NCBI GenBank assembly: GCA_963772365.1
Contig: CAVYXA010000006.1
Location: forward strand, 61,054 to 125,053
DNA length: 64,000 nucleotides
Origin: an uncultured Verrucomicrobiae bacterium
GTDB lineage: Bacteria > Verrucomicrobiota > Verrucomicrobiia > Chthoniobacterales > UBA10450
Reading direction: 5' to 3'
Program-made: the position numbers and the translations under genes
Shown here: one piece after another, positions 61,676 to 64,000 of the stretch
How positions within the stretch are numbered: position 1 is the stretch's first letter
How the letters are laid out: each line of letters begins with the position of its first letter
Notes under the pieces: generated by a model
Database searches by the model: none
Seen by the model: the letters and a program-made list of their open reading frames with translations, nothing else
What the model was told of the DNA's origin: nothing

Positions 61676-61677
61676 TT
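61616..61677. repeat. 8-nt-periodic inverted repeat forming the dusB C-terminus
   Basis: aatcaagaaagcaggaaggcaggaa / ttcctgctttcctggtttcctgatt (22/25). Confidence 0.75.
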
Positions 61678-61697
61678 TATCTTTCTTTTTCATTGGA

Positions 61698-62069
61698 ATG
61701 ACAACGGAAACATCGGCAACTAATTACAAGATCGGCAACGAACGCTTGATCCGCGTCACCGAGATAGCGGCGCAGAAGCTGGCCGCATTATTGGAAGAAA
61801 AGGGCAAACCTGATGGCGCGCTGCGGCTGGCGGTGGTCGGGGGTGGTTGCTCTGGATTGCAATACACGATGGATCTGGTCGATGGCCCGAAGGAACGCGA
61901 CATCATGGTTCCCACTTCGAATGTGAAATTGGTTGTCGATCCTAAGAGCGCGCTCTTCGTCAGCGGCTCGGTGCTCGATTACAGCGAGGATTTACAGAAG
62001 GGTGGATTCAAGGTCACCAATCCCAATGCCGTGGCCCATTGTTCCTGCGGCGAGAGTTTTGCGGTTTAG
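61698..62069 (+). CDS. iscA: A-type Fe-S cluster carrier (IscA/ErpA/HesB family)
   Basis: GGGCSGLQY, NPNAVAHCSCGESF. Confidence 0.88.
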   Translation: MTTETSATNYKIGNERLIRVTEIAAQKLAALLEEKGKPDGALRLAVVGGGCSGLQYTMDLVDGPKERDIMVPTSNVKLVVDPKSALFVSGSVLDYSEDLQKGGFKVTNPNAVAHCSCGESFAV

Positions 62070-62123
62070 TGTACGACGGTTCGGGCGCCCGCGAAGCGTG
62101 GCTCCGGTAACACGGCAGAGTGT

Positions 62124-62198
62124 TGCAGCCTGCGCTCTCCTGAGCGCAGTCCTCCCTGACACCACAAACAGAATCCGCTGAGGACAGCGGACGCTACA
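62124..62198. repeat. Family C REP-like palindrome
   Basis: tgcagcctgcgctctcctgagcg...cgctgaggacagcggacgctaca. Confidence 0.8.
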
Positions 62199-62227
62199 GT
62201 TTCCGCGGACAATTGGTTCGCAGATTT

Positions 62228-63740
62228 TCAACTTTCGCTTTTCTTCCGCCACGCGGCGTAAACGGGCAAACCCGTCAGGACAATCGCGATCCCGATTCCA
62301 GAAGTTGCCGGCGCCAGCCAGGCAAGATCGATAATCAAAACTCCGGCCAGCAGCATCGACACGATCGGCACGATCGGATAACCCCAGGTGCGATACGGCC
62401 GCTCGGCAGAGGGAGATTTTTTCCGGAGAACAATGACTGCCGCGACGAGCAAGAAATAAAACAGCAGGTCGGCCGAAACGATGTACTCGAGCAGTTGAGT
62501 ATAGACATTTCCGTAACTGACTGCCCCGGTCGCTCGCATTTGTTACCTGCGTGCGCGGCAGAGTCAGAAACACTGTCCAAATTCCCTGCGCCACAAGCGC
62601 TGCCGCTGGCACATGCTGCGCATTCGTCGTGGCAACTCGCCGGAAGAACAAGCGGTCGCGCGCCATCGCGTAATAGACGCGGGCTCCGGCGAGGATCAGG
62701 CCATTGTTGCAACCGAAAGTCGAAATCATGATGGCCGCCGCCATGCACATCGCGCCCGGATTGCCAAAGACGGCTCTCATGCACCGCCACTGCGACTCGA
62801 TTTTGCGGCGCATGTTGGATTCCGGAAAATGGCAGAACGGCGACGTAAGCGAGATTGGCCAGCACATACAAAACCACCACGATCCCGCAGCCCGCGAGCA
62901 ACGCGCGGGCAAGATTGCGGCCGGGATCGCGCACTTCGCTGCCGATAAACGTCACATTGGTCCATGCGGTTTGGGCAAAGAGCGGGCCGACCATTGCCTT
63001 GCCAAACAACAGCGCCAGCGCCAATCCGCCGGCAACCGAAACCAGGCTGAGCGATCTGCGGGCTCCAGCCGTTGGCCCAGGAATTCCACCACGATGCGGA
63101 ACGCGCGGCGCTGCTCGCACTCCAGCCCAGCGATAATCCAATCACCACGACGCCCGCCAATGCCGCCGTCTTTGCAAACGTGAATGTGTTTTGGACAATC
63201 TTGCCGATCTCGAGCCCGCGCGTGTTCGTCCAGGTGAGCAATACGATCAGCGCGATGGCAACGGTTTGTTCGGTGGATAAACTGATCGCGTAATGACTGC
63301 CTAACGAGATCGGCTGGACCAAATAATTCTCCGGCCCGACTGCTGAAATGAAAACGCCGAGGAATTTTGCAAACGCAATCGCCACCGCTGCGATCGTTCC
63401 CGTCTGGATGACGAGAAACAAAGTCCAGCCAAAAAGAAAACCGACCGCCGGTCCGTAGGCTTCGCGCAAGAAAAACGTAAACGCCGCCGGCGCGCGGCAT
63501 CATCGTCGCCAACTCCGAACAACAAAGCGCGCCCGTAATTGTCATCAGTCCGGCCACCGCCCAGGCCAGAAGCAACCAGCCGGGCGCGCCGATCAATCGC
63601 GCCGATTCCGCCGAGGTGATGAAAATGCCCGAACCGATCATCGAGCCCATCACGATCATGGTCGCGTCGAGCGGCCCCAGCGCTCGGATGAGAGTGGTGG
63701 ATTGCGCTTTATCTGTGTCATGTTGAGCGAAGCGAAACAT
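62228..63740 (-). CDS. APC family amino acid permease, several frameshifts
   Basis: GSMIGSGIF, PRAGGVY, QTGTIAAVA, AWTNVTF, GARVYYAMARD, RPYRTWGYP; start uncertain. Confidence 0.8.
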
Positions 63741-63811
63741 CTCAGATCATTTATTTGGCCGCCGGGCCCTCGCGAGAATGTTACGAGATCCTTCACTCCG
63801 CTCAGGATGAC
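63716..63811. repeat. Family A palindrome
   Basis: tgtcatgttgagcgaagcgaaacatctc...gagatccttcactccgctcaggatgac. Confidence 0.8.
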
Positions 63812-64000
63812 GGCTCGTTTCGCGAGCCAGTTTTGAAGTCACGAGCTTTTCGGCGAAAGTTTCGCGTGGGAAAATCGATCCGAGCCGAGCTTCTGATAAT
63901 CGCCAAAGAAGCCGAGCCGATTGCGCGTAAATTGCGCCAGATCGAGACCGGTTCGGCCCGACCGATTGCGTTTTCACATGTGGTCGAATCGGCCCAGGCA

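Noticed and set aside
33368..63811. CRISPR array
   Set aside because: Repeats are dispersed palindromes, not regularly spaced direct repeats, and no cas genes are present
63812..64000. Possible gene or RNA at the window end
   Set aside because: No recognisable motif; context is truncated
1..64000. tRNA, rRNA or riboswitch genes
   Set aside because: None recognised by eye; an Infernal/Rfam and tRNAscan run would be needed to exclude them

Overview
Mostly housekeeping chromosome of a probable Verrucomicrobiota (Chthoniobacterales-like) bacterium; the taxon is inferred from PEP-CTERM proteins, DPxAAxxW repeat proteins and gene style. Core genes include dsbD-like, ltaE, putA, cdsA-dxr-rseP, tdh, tatC, prepilin peptidase, kdsD, efp, treY, argS, aroE, nagA, a DinG helicase, lptF/G, dusB and iscA. 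Many single-base frameshifts, densest at 49-52 kb, look like long-read errors rather than pseudogenes. Four things stand out. (1) A co-oriented 7.3-16.7 kb cluster holds two PEP-CTERM surface proteins with a shared upstream motif, a TMTC-like GT-C/TPR glycosyltransferase, an AlkP/NPP-TPR enzyme and two tandem flavin-dependent halogenase-like genes; it is a candidate surface-protein modification system. (2) A GxxExxY nuclease gene bounded by 9-nt-periodic terminal inverted repeats sits between cdsA and dxr, with gene-less relatives elsewhere. (3) Many REP-like palindrome families are present, some nested and some translated in frame inside argS, treY, dusB and dxr. (4) The 55.9-57.3 kb region holds a duplicated dinG 5' end, a RAYT transposase stub and toxin-antitoxin-like remnants.
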